DNA of 32,000 bases from Vibrio alginolyticus NBRC 15630 = ATCC 17749 (GCF_000354175.2 NC_022349.1:930001-962000), one strand, 5' to 3'. Shown: positions 16,807 through 24,886, counted from the stretch's first letter. Notes: generated by a model not told the origin, from the letters alone. Numbers and translations are program-made.

Positions 16807-17766
16807 TCAAAACAAGGCACTTTCAATTTGGAGCCATTGCTCCATAAAAGGGATAAAGTCCCTTTGAGGTATGAACTTCTGTGCCGCTGTATTATTTTTT
16901 AAAAATACTTCCTCCAAAGCCCACACATAGTGGTCGGCGTAAACAGCCCACGCCTTTGCTCCATCGTTAAGCTCTAATCGGGATAGAGGCTTGACAGACA
17001 GATAGCCTTTTAATAAAGCTAATGACCTATGAAGCTCCAAATCGAACATATACATGCATGCTCTCGCCAATTCATAACCAGGAGGCATGTTTTGCACTAA
17101 ATCCCAGTCGATCACATCGCTTACTGTGCAATTAGAATCAAAAAAGACATTGAAATGATGAAAGTCGCCGTGGATTAGTTGCCTGCTTGTTAACGGGGTA
17201 TATGAGTGCGTAGCTTCTGAGCTAGCTAGATAATCACGCTGTTGTTTTACTCTTCGTAGCACCGAGTTATTCATATCAAATTCACTATTTGTTTCAATAG
17301 CTGCGACTATTTTTTGTAGTCTATCGACCCAAGCACTTTTATCCCAAGAAAGCTCAATTGTTGGAAAGTCGTTTCCAACCTCGGAAGCGAGTTGAACATG
17401 CAGGTCAGCAAGGGCTTTTCCCAACTGAAAAGCATGAAACGCAGACAGAGCACTTTTTTCGATTAACGTTCCTTTTGCTTCAGGAAATAGAGCATAAAAC
17501 TCATCACCTATTTTACAAAAGGAGTGGTGATCGCGCGTCAAAACAGGGGCAATTATAGTATTCAAATTTTGCGATAACTTTCTCAGCAGCTCATGTTCTA
17601 ACTTGATCTTAGCAACATTGCGAACACTATATTTTCTAAGATAATAAGTCTCTGAGGATTGGATACGAAAAACATGATTCGTCGCACCAGCTGATTGACG
17701 TTTTATACTAGCGCCAGCACCAATCTGACTCCAGTTTTCACCAACCTTACGAACAAAATCACTCAT
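16807..17766 (-). CDS. APH/choline-kinase-family phosphotransferase (319 aa)
   Basis: Catalytic loop IHGDFHHFNVFF (HxDxxxxN) and the downstream metal-binding VIDWD. N-terminal nucleotide-binding lobe (GATNHVFRIQ...YYLRKY). Confidence 0.8.
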   Translation of the reverse strand: MSDFVRKVGENWSQIGAGASIKRQSAGATNHVFRIQSSETYYLRKYSVRNVAKIKLEHELLRKLSQNLNTIIAPVLTRDHHSFCKIGDEFYALFPEAKGTLIEKSALSAFHAFQLGKALADLHVQLASEVGNDFPTIELSWDKSAWVDRLQKIVAAIETNSEFDMNNSVLRRVKQQRDYLASSEATHSYTPLTSRQLIHGDFHHFNVFFDSNCTVSDVIDWDLVQNMPPGYELARACMYMFDLELHRSLALLKGYLSVKPLSRLELNDGAKAWAVYADHYVWALEEVFLKNNTAAQKFIPQRDFIPFMEQWLQIESALF

Positions 17767-17787
17767 AATTCCAGTTACCCCTTAGGT

Positions 17788-17913
17788 ACATAACGCCCAA
17801 TTAAGGGGTGAGTAACGCAACACAGATGCCGCTGCAAACCACCTTAATCACTAAAATTAACGCATAGTAAAAATGCCACGCGTTACGAATCCCTCTTGAA
17901 TTGTTTGTTAGTA
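17788..17913 (-). repeat. attC site 8 (class B)
   Basis: ACATAACGCCCAATTAAGGGGTGAGTAACGC...GCCACGCGTTACGAATCCCTCTTGAATTGTTTGTTAGT. Confidence 0.9.
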
Positions 17914-18335
17914 CGCTGCCCGCAAAGCCTTTGGTACATACCAATACATTGAAATATAGCACGAAGCTGTTGGCTTAAAACCATGAAGCTAAACGGAAAA
18001 CTGCCAAACTGAAAACTAACTTCAAGACGTAAGTTGGCTAGAAGAAAAACATGCTTCACTGCCCTTTTCACTGTTTTCAAATTAGCAAAGAATACGGGCT
18101 TCAAACTTGAACAGCTGCGACAAAGAAACGCTTGTTTTTCCGAAAATTTCTCAGCGCCAAAGAAACCACGCCAGAGAAATAGCCCGAAAGTTAGAAACCG
18201 TAAACGATAAACCCAAAGCGAAAACTTCACATCTAGTGCCACCGGAGCGAACCTGAAAGGCACATTTGATCAGATGTAAAGCGAGGAAAAGAAACCAATA
18301 AAAACAGAAACTTTTAGCCTTTGATGCCAACCCAG
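17914..18335. other. ORF-less integron cassette (422 bp), purine/A-rich on the + strand
   Basis: The only long ORF (126 codons, minus strand) is F/L/R-rich and low-complexity, and it runs into attC 8. The sequence is peppered with GAAAC/GAAAA motifs (for example AAAGAAACCACGCCAGAGAAATAG). Confidence 0.55.
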
Positions 18336-18466
18336 TACTAACGCCGCGTTAAGGGGTGAACAACGCGATGCCACCCAACTTAAACCATTGTGCCATAAAC
18401 ACAAAAGCTAAGCTTTGAACCAAAACTGCCATGCGTTGAGAATCCCTCTTAAACGCTTTGTTATGT
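18336..18466 (-). repeat. attC site 9 (class A)
   Basis: ACTAACGCCGCGTTAAGGGGTGAACAACGC...GCCATGCGTTGAGAATCCCTCTTAAACGCTTTGTTATG. Confidence 0.9.
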
Positions 18467-18471
18467 GCGTA

Positions 18472-18918
18472 CTAAAGTTGTACGTACAATCTCAGCATGT
18501 CTTTGTGTTGAATACCATTTTCATAGATTGGCTCTGGATAATTCAGCAAAAAGTAATCTTTGACGATTGAGTCAACCCGAAAGCCAAGACGCTGATAATA
18601 AGTCAGTTGATAGCCAAAGGTGCCTGTACCCAGTTCAACACGTGAGATTCCCTTACTTGATAACTGAGACAGAACCGACTTAAGCAATTCAGAACCAACA
18701 CCTTGACCTTGTAACTTTGGATATACAGAGACATTGAATATCTCAGCAAGACTATTGGTTTGTAGCTTCACTATGCAAGCAGCTAAAACACGCCCATTAT
18801 CTAGTGCAGCGAAGCACCATGAATCGGATAAATATGAAGAAACACTCGCTTCAGAAGGATCGGCTTCAAGCAGCAAATCTAGCGGAATCTGGCTACTTTT
18901 GACTTCGATATATTGCAT
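18472..18918 (-). CDS. GNAT family N-acetyltransferase (148 aa), paralogue 1
   Basis: Motif A VYPKLQGQGVGSELLKSVL. ATG at 18918 follows GGAGG. The track's N-terminal extension reads through attC 10. Confidence 0.8.
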   Translation of the reverse strand: MQYIEVKSSQIPLDLLLEADPSEASVSSYLSDSWCFAALDNGRVLAACIVKLQTNSLAEIFNVSVYPKLQGQGVGSELLKSVLSQLSSKGISRVELGTGTFGYQLTYYQRLGFRVDSIVKDYFLLNYPEPIYENGIQHKDMLRLYVQL

Positions 18919-18931
18919 TTTTCCTCCAAGC

Positions 18932-19059
18932 ACATAACGCCGCATTAAGGTGTGAACAACGCAACCACGAAACTAAACCTGGCCACCGTAAACACTGAAC
19001 TCAACGATAGAATGGAAAATGCCAAGCGTTGAGAATCACTCTTAAATGCTTTGTTAGTT
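18932..19059 (-). repeat. attC site 10 (class A)
   Basis: ACATAACGCCGCATTAAGGTGTGAACAACGC...GCCAAGCGTTGAGAATCACTCTTAAATGCTTTGTTAGT. Confidence 0.9.
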
Positions 19060-19827
19060 GCACAATGCGCACTGAATTTTATGTTTATTTTCAGTGATAT
19101 ATTCTATGTCATTTAGATAGGCTTGGAGATGACCTTGCTCTATATTTTCAACAAAGGATTCATCACCATTTTTCGCTTCCCTACGCATGAATGAAACTAA
19201 AGCCTGTAATCGCTGAACCATTGCGTCAGCTAGGTGATTTCTTTCGGACTCCGTAGCACCGTAACTATCACAGAATAGTTTAGCTCTAGCCACCTGCTCA
19301 CAGATTGTACCTAACTTATCATTTCTGTCTGTTTTGAAAGGTGACCAACAATAAACCGAATATGCTAAATCCCATATTCTTGGCGCTGGGTGCGAAGTAT
19401 CGAAGTCAAATACACCAACAACTGTATTCTCGGAAAGGGAAACATTGTACGGGGTAAAGTCACCATGACAGATTACCTCAAAAGGCTCTCTTGGCTCTAG
19501 CATCCACTTGTGTGTATTAACATCTAATTGTTCTAAAAGCAGCGCAGTTGAGTCATGTATCTTACGCAATAATTTGGCTGCTGATATGAGTGCATCATCA
19601 GTTGCGATTGCACCAACTAGTGGGTAGTTATAAGTATTACCAGCAACAAAACTTAGGACTTCCTGATCTTGGCTAACACCAAGAAATTTGGGGCATTCAG
19701 CTACATTTTCTCGCTCAAGATGCTTCAAAATAAGGTGAATTGTAGAACTCCACGGTTGCAGAGGTCGATAGACAACTTCACCATCTCGATATATTGCGGA
19801 CTTTCTTCCGCCTGCTAATTCTTCCAC
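19054..19827 (-). CDS. APH-family phosphotransferase (257 aa)
   Basis: ICHGDFTPYNVSL (HxDxxxxN) plus VFDFDTSHPAPRIWDLAY. GTG at 19827 follows GGGAGG. The upstream part of the track ORF is attC 11 sequence. Confidence 0.8.
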   Translation of the reverse strand: MEELAGGRKSAIYRDGEVVYRPLQPWSSTIHLILKHLERENVAECPKFLGVSQDQEVLSFVAGNTYNYPLVGAIATDDALISAAKLLRKIHDSTALLLEQLDVNTHKWMLEPREPFEVICHGDFTPYNVSLSENTVVGVFDFDTSHPAPRIWDLAYSVYCWSPFKTDRNDKLGTICEQVARAKLFCDSYGATESERNHLADAMVQRLQALVSFMRREAKNGDESFVENIEQGHLQAYLNDIEYITENKHKIQCALCN

Positions 19828-19842
19828 GAAACCTCCCTGTGC

Positions 19843-19968
19843 AACTAACGCCCTGCTAAGGGGTGAGCAACGCAATACCGAAGCCACCGCATACCACCTT
19901 AACAACTAAACCTGACGCATAGTAAAAATGCCACGCGTTGCGAATCACTCTTAAACAGTTTGTTAGGC
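19843..19968 (-). repeat. attC site 11 (class B)
   Basis: AACTAACGCCCTGCTAAGGGGTGAGCAACGCAATACCGAAGCCACCGC...GCCACGCGTTGCGAATCACTCTTAAACAGTTTGTTAGG. Confidence 0.9.
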
Positions 19969-20505
19969 ATCTTTTCCCGAATGGTACTCTTTAAGTTGAG
20001 TTGCAACTTCATTTTGTAGCCAATCTTCAGTAATCCCCATTGTTTCCCACACTTTCAAACTCAGTTTTTCTACCGCATGATCAGCAACTTGGAAAGTGTG
20101 TATCAAGTTCTGGAGTTCAGTGATCATTTCTTTGCGACCATCAGTATCTGACATATGCATTGCATAATCGTAAAAGAAATCGTGTGCTAGCCAGTTACGC
20201 TTTTTCAGAGTAGCTTCAAGATGTGTTATTAACTCATAAGGTAGATCAACGTTCTTCTTAACTTGTCCCAATAGACGACCAAATGTATGGGCATTTAACC
20301 CATTGTATATTTCTAACCACTCTTCTTGATTCAGTGCTGAATTATCGACGACTTTATAACCCATCGCGAAGTTTACTAGGGCTTTTTCAGCGCACTGTGC
20401 ATTGAACGAAGCTAACCCAAAAAAGGCAAAAACTTCCTTTTCGTCACATAACTCCGGTTCTGGGATTGGCTTTAACTCACCAATATTTATATCACCAACT
20501 TTCAC
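19963..20505 (-). CDS. Hypothetical all-helical protein with an Rx4H (HEPN-like) motif (180 aa)
   Basis: KKRNWLAHDFFYDY contains R-x4-H in the C-terminal half of a predicted helical protein. GTG at 20505 follows AAGGAG. The TAA stop lies in attC R''. Confidence 0.55.
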   Translation of the reverse strand: MKVGDINIGELKPIPEPELCDEKEVFAFFGLASFNAQCAEKALVNFAMGYKVVDNSALNQEEWLEIYNGLNAHTFGRLLGQVKKNVDLPYELITHLEATLKKRNWLAHDFFYDYAMHMSDTDGRKEMITELQNLIHTFQVADHAVEKLSLKVWETMGITEDWLQNEVATQLKEYHSGKDA

Positions 20506-20519
20506 AACGACTCCTTGAT

Positions 20520-20648
20520 GCCTAACGCCCAATTAAGGGGTGAACAACGCCTCCACCCAAACCTAAGGGATTGTGCCATAAACACTAAAACTGAAGTAGA
20601 AGCTAAAGTGCCAAGCGTTGTGAATCCCTCTTAAATTGCTTGTTATGT
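20520..20648 (-). repeat. attC site 12 (class A; paralogous to attC 9)
   Basis: CCTAACGCCCAATTAAGGGGTGAACAACGC...ATTGTGCCATAAACAC...GCCAAGCGTTGTGAATCCCTCTTAAATTGCTTGTTATG. Confidence 0.9.
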
Positions 20649-20653
20649 GCGTG

Positions 20654-21100
20654 CTAAATCTGTGCGTACAATCTCAGCATGTCTTTGTGTTGAATACCAT
20701 TTTCATAGATTGGCTCTGGGTAATTCAGTAAGAAGTGATCCTTGATGATCGAGTCAACACGAAAACCAAGGCGCTGATAATAAGTCAGTTGATAACCAAA
20801 GGTACCTGTACCCAATTCAACACGAGTGATTCCCTTACTTGGTAGCTGAGACAGAACTGACTTGAGTAATTGAGATCCAATTCCTTGACTTTGTAGCTCG
20901 GGATATACCGAAACATTGAAGATTTCAGCAAGGTTTTGGGGTTCAGGCTTCACTATACATGCCGCCAAAATACGCTCATTATCTAGCGCAGCAAAGCACC
21001 ATGATTCTGATAAATATGATGAAACACTCGCCTTAGAAGGATCTGCTTCGAGCAGCAAATCTAGCGGAATTTGGCTACTTTTAACTTCGATAAATTGCAT
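20654..21100 (-). CDS. GNAT family N-acetyltransferase (148 aa), paralogue 2
   Basis: By my count it differs from the 18472-18918 product at 20 of 148 residues. ATG at 21100 follows GGAGG. The track's N-terminus reads through attC 13. Confidence 0.8.
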   Translation of the reverse strand: MQFIEVKSSQIPLDLLLEADPSKASVSSYLSESWCFAALDNERILAACIVKPEPQNLAEIFNVSVYPELQSQGIGSQLLKSVLSQLPSKGITRVELGTGTFGYQLTYYQRLGFRVDSIIKDHFLLNYPEPIYENGIQHKDMLRLYAQI

Positions 21101-21113
21101 TTTTCCTCCAAGC

Positions 21114-21240
21114 ACATAACGCCGCGTTAAGTGGTGAGCAACGCCACCACTTAACTTAAACCATTGCACCTTAAACACTAAAACTGATTTGAACTCAAGT
21201 CGCCAAGCGTTGGGAATCCGTCTTAAACGCCTTGTTAGGC
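21114..21240 (-). repeat. attC site 13 (class A)
   Basis: ACATAACGCCGCGTTAAGTGGTGAGCAACGC...GCCAAGCGTTGGGAATCCGTCTTAAACGCCTTGTTAGG. Confidence 0.9.
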
Positions 21241-21975
21241 TTTGGTTGCTTTCAAGTCTTTAGCTTTAAACCCAATCACACCAGCCTTATAGCTACGAGT
21301 CCCTTTTACAAATACATTTCTTACTACAAAACCCGACATAAAATCTTGTTCAGTAACTTTCAAAGTTTGTAAAACTTCGGTAACTGTTGACTCAGAGCGA
21401 TTAATAATTTCAAAAACATACATTCCTGATTGAACACCACCAAATCTCAATCCCCAACGTGGGTCGTCTGTAACACGGGTGCTTTTTTCTCTTAAAGAGA
21501 AAAATTTACCCTCTCCAGCCAGCTTCCAACGACGCCCTTCTTTTGCACCACTAAGTTGAACCAGCGGCTCTGAAGTGGAAACAACATACTGTTCATCCAA
21601 AATTACACCGATTTGGCTGCGGTGGTATGCGGGGGTTGTATACACGAGTAAATCACCAGATATACCGTCATTGTATTCGTGAGTTGCTGTCCATTCTTGA
21701 TTCTGAGGGAAACGAACACTAGTTGGGCTAGAAAACGGAATGATTTCATAGAAATCAACAGTTTCGTAATAACGAGCTACATTAAACAACTCATCGCCAA
21801 TTGATGCCGTTTTTTCTACATTATCAATCGACATTTCAGAGTAAAAGTTAGTTGCCTCCTGCTCTTCTAAAACTTGCTTCTTAATTGGTGTATCAAGTTT
21901 GGAAGTATGGACAGAGTACACACATCCTGATAGTAGGAAGCTCGCTAGCACTGACGTTAGAAGTTTATTACACAT
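21235..21975 (-). CDS. Hypothetical lipoprotein (246 aa)
   Basis: Signal peptide with lipobox LLSGC (MCNKLLTSVLASFLLSGCVYS). I recognise no domain. Confidence 0.65.
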   Translation of the reverse strand: MCNKLLTSVLASFLLSGCVYSVHTSKLDTPIKKQVLEEQEATNFYSEMSIDNVEKTASIGDELFNVARYYETVDFYEIIPFSSPTSVRFPQNQEWTATHEYNDGISGDLLVYTTPAYHRSQIGVILDEQYVVSTSEPLVQLSGAKEGRRWKLAGEGKFFSLREKSTRVTDDPRWGLRFGGVQSGMYVFEIINRSESTVTEVLQTLKVTEQDFMSGFVVRNVFVKGTRSYKAGVIGFKAKDLKATKA

Positions 21976-22044
21976 AATTTTTATCCAAATTTACAACAAC
22001 CTTTAGAATGCCACACCACAAGTAAGGGCTTGTACAATTACGAA

Positions 22045-22170
22045 GCCTAACGCCTTGTTAAGGTGTGAGGCACGCAATACCGAAGCCTCCGCATACCACC
22101 TTAACCACTAAACCTGACGCATAGTAAAAATGCCACGCGTGCCGAATCACTCTTGAACAATTTGTTATGT
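22045..22170 (-). repeat. attC site 14 (class B)
   Basis: GCCTAACGCCTTGTTAAGGTGTGAGGCACGCAATACCGAAGCCTCCGC...GCCACGCGTGCCGAATCACTCTTGAACAATTTGTTATG. Confidence 0.9.
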
Positions 22171-22172
22171 GT

Positions 22173-22754
22173 TTAATGAGCACCTTGCTTGTGATAGTTC
22201 AGAATAAACTGTTTTTGCTTACGATCTAGCAACTCTAGGGCTTCAGCCACCGCTAACCCAAAATCAACGTACCCATTGGGCATCGCTGTCACTATACGCT
22301 TGTCGATTTGAACCAACGACTCTTCATAGATAGCCCCCTCCCAATATGGTCGAGTGAGCAGTACCGAAGATTCTGGGGCATATTTTTCCGTATAATTATG
22401 GGTAATTTTAACGCCCTTTAGGATGCCAGCTCTTGCTAAGACTAATACTCCCGCACATATGCCACCAATAACTAGTAATGATTCATAGGCTTTCTGGATG
22501 AAACTAGCAATTGGGTCGCTTTCCATTATTGAGTCAGGATTTCCTCCAGGGATCAGAAGAGCTTGATAGTCCGTAATACATATGTCCTCAAAGTTAACAG
22601 TGGGGCAAATTCTTAGACCTGATGAATCGGTATGATTGTGGTTCTCTGGGGTGGTGATATCAACTCTCCCATACGCTCCTAAACACTCTATCGCTTACAT
22701 TACTTCATAGGAAATAGCCCCCGGATAGAGTAAAACCAGTGTTCTCTTTGTCAT
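22173..22754 (-). pseudogene. DJ-1/PfpI-family protein interrupted by one in-frame TAA
   Basis: ATG at 22754 (after GAGAGGAAA) gives MTKRTLVLLYPGAISYEVM, then TAA (22697-22695), then the same frame continues AIECLGAYGRVDITTPEN...ALLIPGGNPDS...GGICAGVLVLARAGILKG (nucleophile-elbow Cys). Confidence 0.7.
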
Positions 22755-22777
22755 TATTTCCTCTCTCCGTACGGAAC

Positions 22778-22903
22778 ACATAACGCCCTGTTAAGGGGTG
22801 AGCAACGCAATACCGATGCCACCGCATACCACCTTAATCACTTAAACCAACGCATAGTGAAAATGCCATGCGTTGCGAATCCCTCTTGAACAGTTTGTTA
22901 GCT
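22778..22903 (-). repeat. attC site 15 (class B)
   Basis: ACATAACGCCCTGTTAAGGGGTGAGCAACGCAATACCGATGCCACCGC...GCCATGCGTTGCGAATCCCTCTTGAACAGTTTGTTAGC. Confidence 0.9.
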
Positions 22904-23467
22904 TAATTGCTGAACAATAGCGATGTTTTTTTCAGGTATTACAATGACTCGATTATAAGTAGACTTGTCCTTAGATAAAAAAACCAACTTTCCATCCCTA
23001 TACTTTACAACAATACCATTGAGACACTGTTGATCAGATAGTTTACAGACTTGCGTATTTGCCTCAGATTTTAAATGTTGATCTGATAGTTCGTTCGCAT
23101 CATTTACCACAGGTACGAAAGCAACAAATAAGACAGGAAGTAAGCCAATTAGAATGTAAGGCAAACTTTGCAAGTCTAAATAGGAACCAACCCAATTAGC
23201 TTTAGCCGTTATAAACCTTTTCAGAGGTATATAGCCACAACCAATTAACGCACCAACAAGCATAAAAAATGCGAGACCTGAAGAGAAATTGAAAAACAGA
23301 TACATGCCACCGATAGACAGGTATTCCAAAGAGTCGCCAATCATTTCATAGTGAGCAAATCCTAGTTTTTCTAGAAAAGCAGCATCATATAAAAAACCGA
23401 TTACATATGCTGTAGTTACCATTAGGGACAAGATCCCTACAACTACTTTAGTCAAAACTTTCTCCAT
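22898..23467 (-). CDS. Hypothetical polytopic membrane protein with a C-terminal CX6C soluble domain (189 aa)
   Basis: About four hydrophobic helices, then ...VCKLSDQQCLNGIVVKYRDGKLVFLSK. ATG start. The TAA stop lies in attC R''. Confidence 0.6.
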   Translation of the reverse strand: MEKVLTKVVVGILSLMVTTAYVIGFLYDAAFLEKLGFAHYEMIGDSLEYLSIGGMYLFFNFSSGLAFFMLVGALIGCGYIPLKRFITAKANWVGSYLDLQSLPYILIGLLPVLFVAFVPVVNDANELSDQHLKSEANTQVCKLSDQQCLNGIVVKYRDGKLVFLSKDKSTYNRVIVIPEKNIAIVQQLS

Positions 23468-23469
23468 TA

Positions 23470-23566
23470 AGCTAACGCCGCATTAAGGTGTGAGCGGCGC
23501 TTGGCTATACTTGAGCGAAGCGAAACTGCCAAGCGTTGCGAATCACTCTTAAATGCTTTGTTATAT
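23470..23566 (-). repeat. attC site 16 (class C, short)
   Basis: GCTAACGCCGCATTAAGGTGTGAGCGGCGCTTGGCTATACTTGAGCGAAGCGAAACTGCCAAGCGTTGCGAATCACTCTTAAATGCTTTGTTATA. Confidence 0.9.
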
Positions 23567-24243
23567 TTTTTTATCCGCAGACTTCAAAAATAGTCGTTCG
23601 TACAGCCCGTCAGGCTTTGACACGACAACTGAACTGGCGAGGCTTTCTATCTTGATGATCTCTGTTTGGTGGTCATCATAGTTATATACCGCGCACAAAG
23701 ATGTAATACTCGAACATGTTAGTATGCTCAATTCACTATCACCTAGTTGATACACAATTTCTTTTTTATATCTTCCAGCTTATCAAATGCAAACCATGAT
23801 CCTAAAAATCCGTAAACTAGAGCCAACAAGAATAAAAACATTAAGTTGTTAATGACAAAGTCCAGTGTTTCTGAAAATTCACTAACTTTTTGAGGCGTCA
23901 CAGGCTTAGAAGTTGCTCCCTCGTTGTTCCAAGCTTTCGCGGCTTCATTGTAAAAATCTGGCATTAACTTCCGAACAGTTATAACAATTAATCTAAATAA
24001 CTGCTTAGTGAGAGATCTCAACAACCATAAAATTGGAATTAAAAAAGCAATAGCCCATAAACCATACGTATAAAATGGTGCGAAGCCGATCTGTAAAAGC
24101 TGAGGGGTGTCTTTAGGCAAAAAAGATGAGCTAAGACCAAGTGTCCTTAACCAAGATATGTAGTAGGTATTTCCGAGAATATAAAGAACACCTGTACCTG
24201 CAGCTAGCCAGACTGCCACATCTCTAAGTATATGTTTATTCAT
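23561..24243 (-). pseudogene. Distant paralogue of the neighbouring membrane/CX6C protein, split into 166-aa and 64-aa ORFs at an A-run (frameshift, or -1 programmed frameshift)
   Basis: The 166-aa ORF holds the membrane domain (LYILGNTYYISWLRTLGL versus AYVIGFLYDAAFLEKLGF). The 64-aa ORF in the -1 frame holds the CX6C domain (TCSSITSLCAVYNY). The junction ...GAT ATA AAA AAG AAA... carries A_AAA_AAG at 23767-23761. Confidence 0.5.
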
Positions 24244-24258
24244 GGAACCACCTCAAAA

Positions 24259-24355
24259 ATATAACGCCGCATTAAGGTGTGAGCAGCGCTTGGCTATACT
24301 TGAGCGAAGCGAAAACGCCAAGCGTTGCGAATCACTCTTAAATGCTTTGTTAGGG
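24259..24355 (-). repeat. attC site 17 (class C, short)
   Basis: ATATAACGCCGCATTAAGGTGTGAGCAGCGCTTGGCTATACTTGAGCGAAGCGAAAACGCCAAGCGTTGCGAATCACTCTTAAATGCTTTGTTAGG. Confidence 0.9.
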
Positions 24356-24886
24356 CACTGTTCTCAAAGATGGCCACCTTACTAGCCAGCCCTTTGAATT
24401 TACACGATTTTCAAACGTTTCTCGTGACCTTTTAGGGTTATGTGTGACACAGTAACCAAATAAGGATTCGTACCCAAAAGCTGCAATACATTCATAGCTA
24501 TCAGGTGCGACTTGTCGAATGGCAACAGCTGTCTCTTGTTCTGGCCAATAGCTCATAGCATCAAGGGAGCATGTGTAGGGTAAATCGCCATTCCGAGTAT
24601 GCATTAGTGCTTGGTTACGAACTTGCCAGTTAACTTCTGGCATTAGCTGCTTGAGCTGAGATTCGCGGTGTAAATATGCATTAGGGTCGTTCTCGTCTGG
24701 AGCAAAGTAAATAACATCCGCATCGTTCAATGGTGTTGCTACATCAAAGCCATGCAGTGCATCCCAAACAAGATTACGAACGAAACCAGCTGCAATGTAA
24801 CACTGAGGCAAGCCCAATTTAGATACGCACTCTAAGGCTTTAACTCTAACTGGATCTTGCTTGATTAATTCTACGATTCTATCCAT
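24350..24886 (-). CDS. Nucleotidyltransferase-family protein (NTP_transf_6/DUF925-like, 178 aa)
   Basis: YIAAGFVRNLVWDALHG...LNDADVIYFAP...WQVRNQALMH is the pattern I associate with this family. ATG start. The TAA stop lies in attC R''. Confidence 0.7.
   Translation of the reverse strand: MDRIVELIKQDPVRVKALECVSKLGLPQCYIAAGFVRNLVWDALHGFDVATPLNDADVIYFAPDENDPNAYLHRESQLKQLMPEVNWQVRNQALMHTRNGDLPYTCSLDAMSYWPEQETAVAIRQVAPDSYECIAAFGYESLFGYCVTHNPKRSRETFENRVNSKGWLVRWPSLRTVP

Noticed and set aside
17883-18263. 126-aa minus-strand ORF in the 17914-18335 cassette
   Set aside because: The F/L/R-rich low-complexity translation is typical of T-rich non-coding DNA. There is no RBS, and the ORF terminates inside attC 8 rather than before or at R''.
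18919-18945. N-terminal extensions of track ORFs into attC sequence (also 19828-19905, 20506-20532, 21101-21178, 25482-25544, 26000-26065, 30654-30740)
   Set aside because: The extensions translate the conserved attC repeat (for example ...RYVLGGK, ...SHLNKAL). Each has an internal ATG, GTG or TTG preceded by a strong GGAGG-type RBS just inside the cassette.
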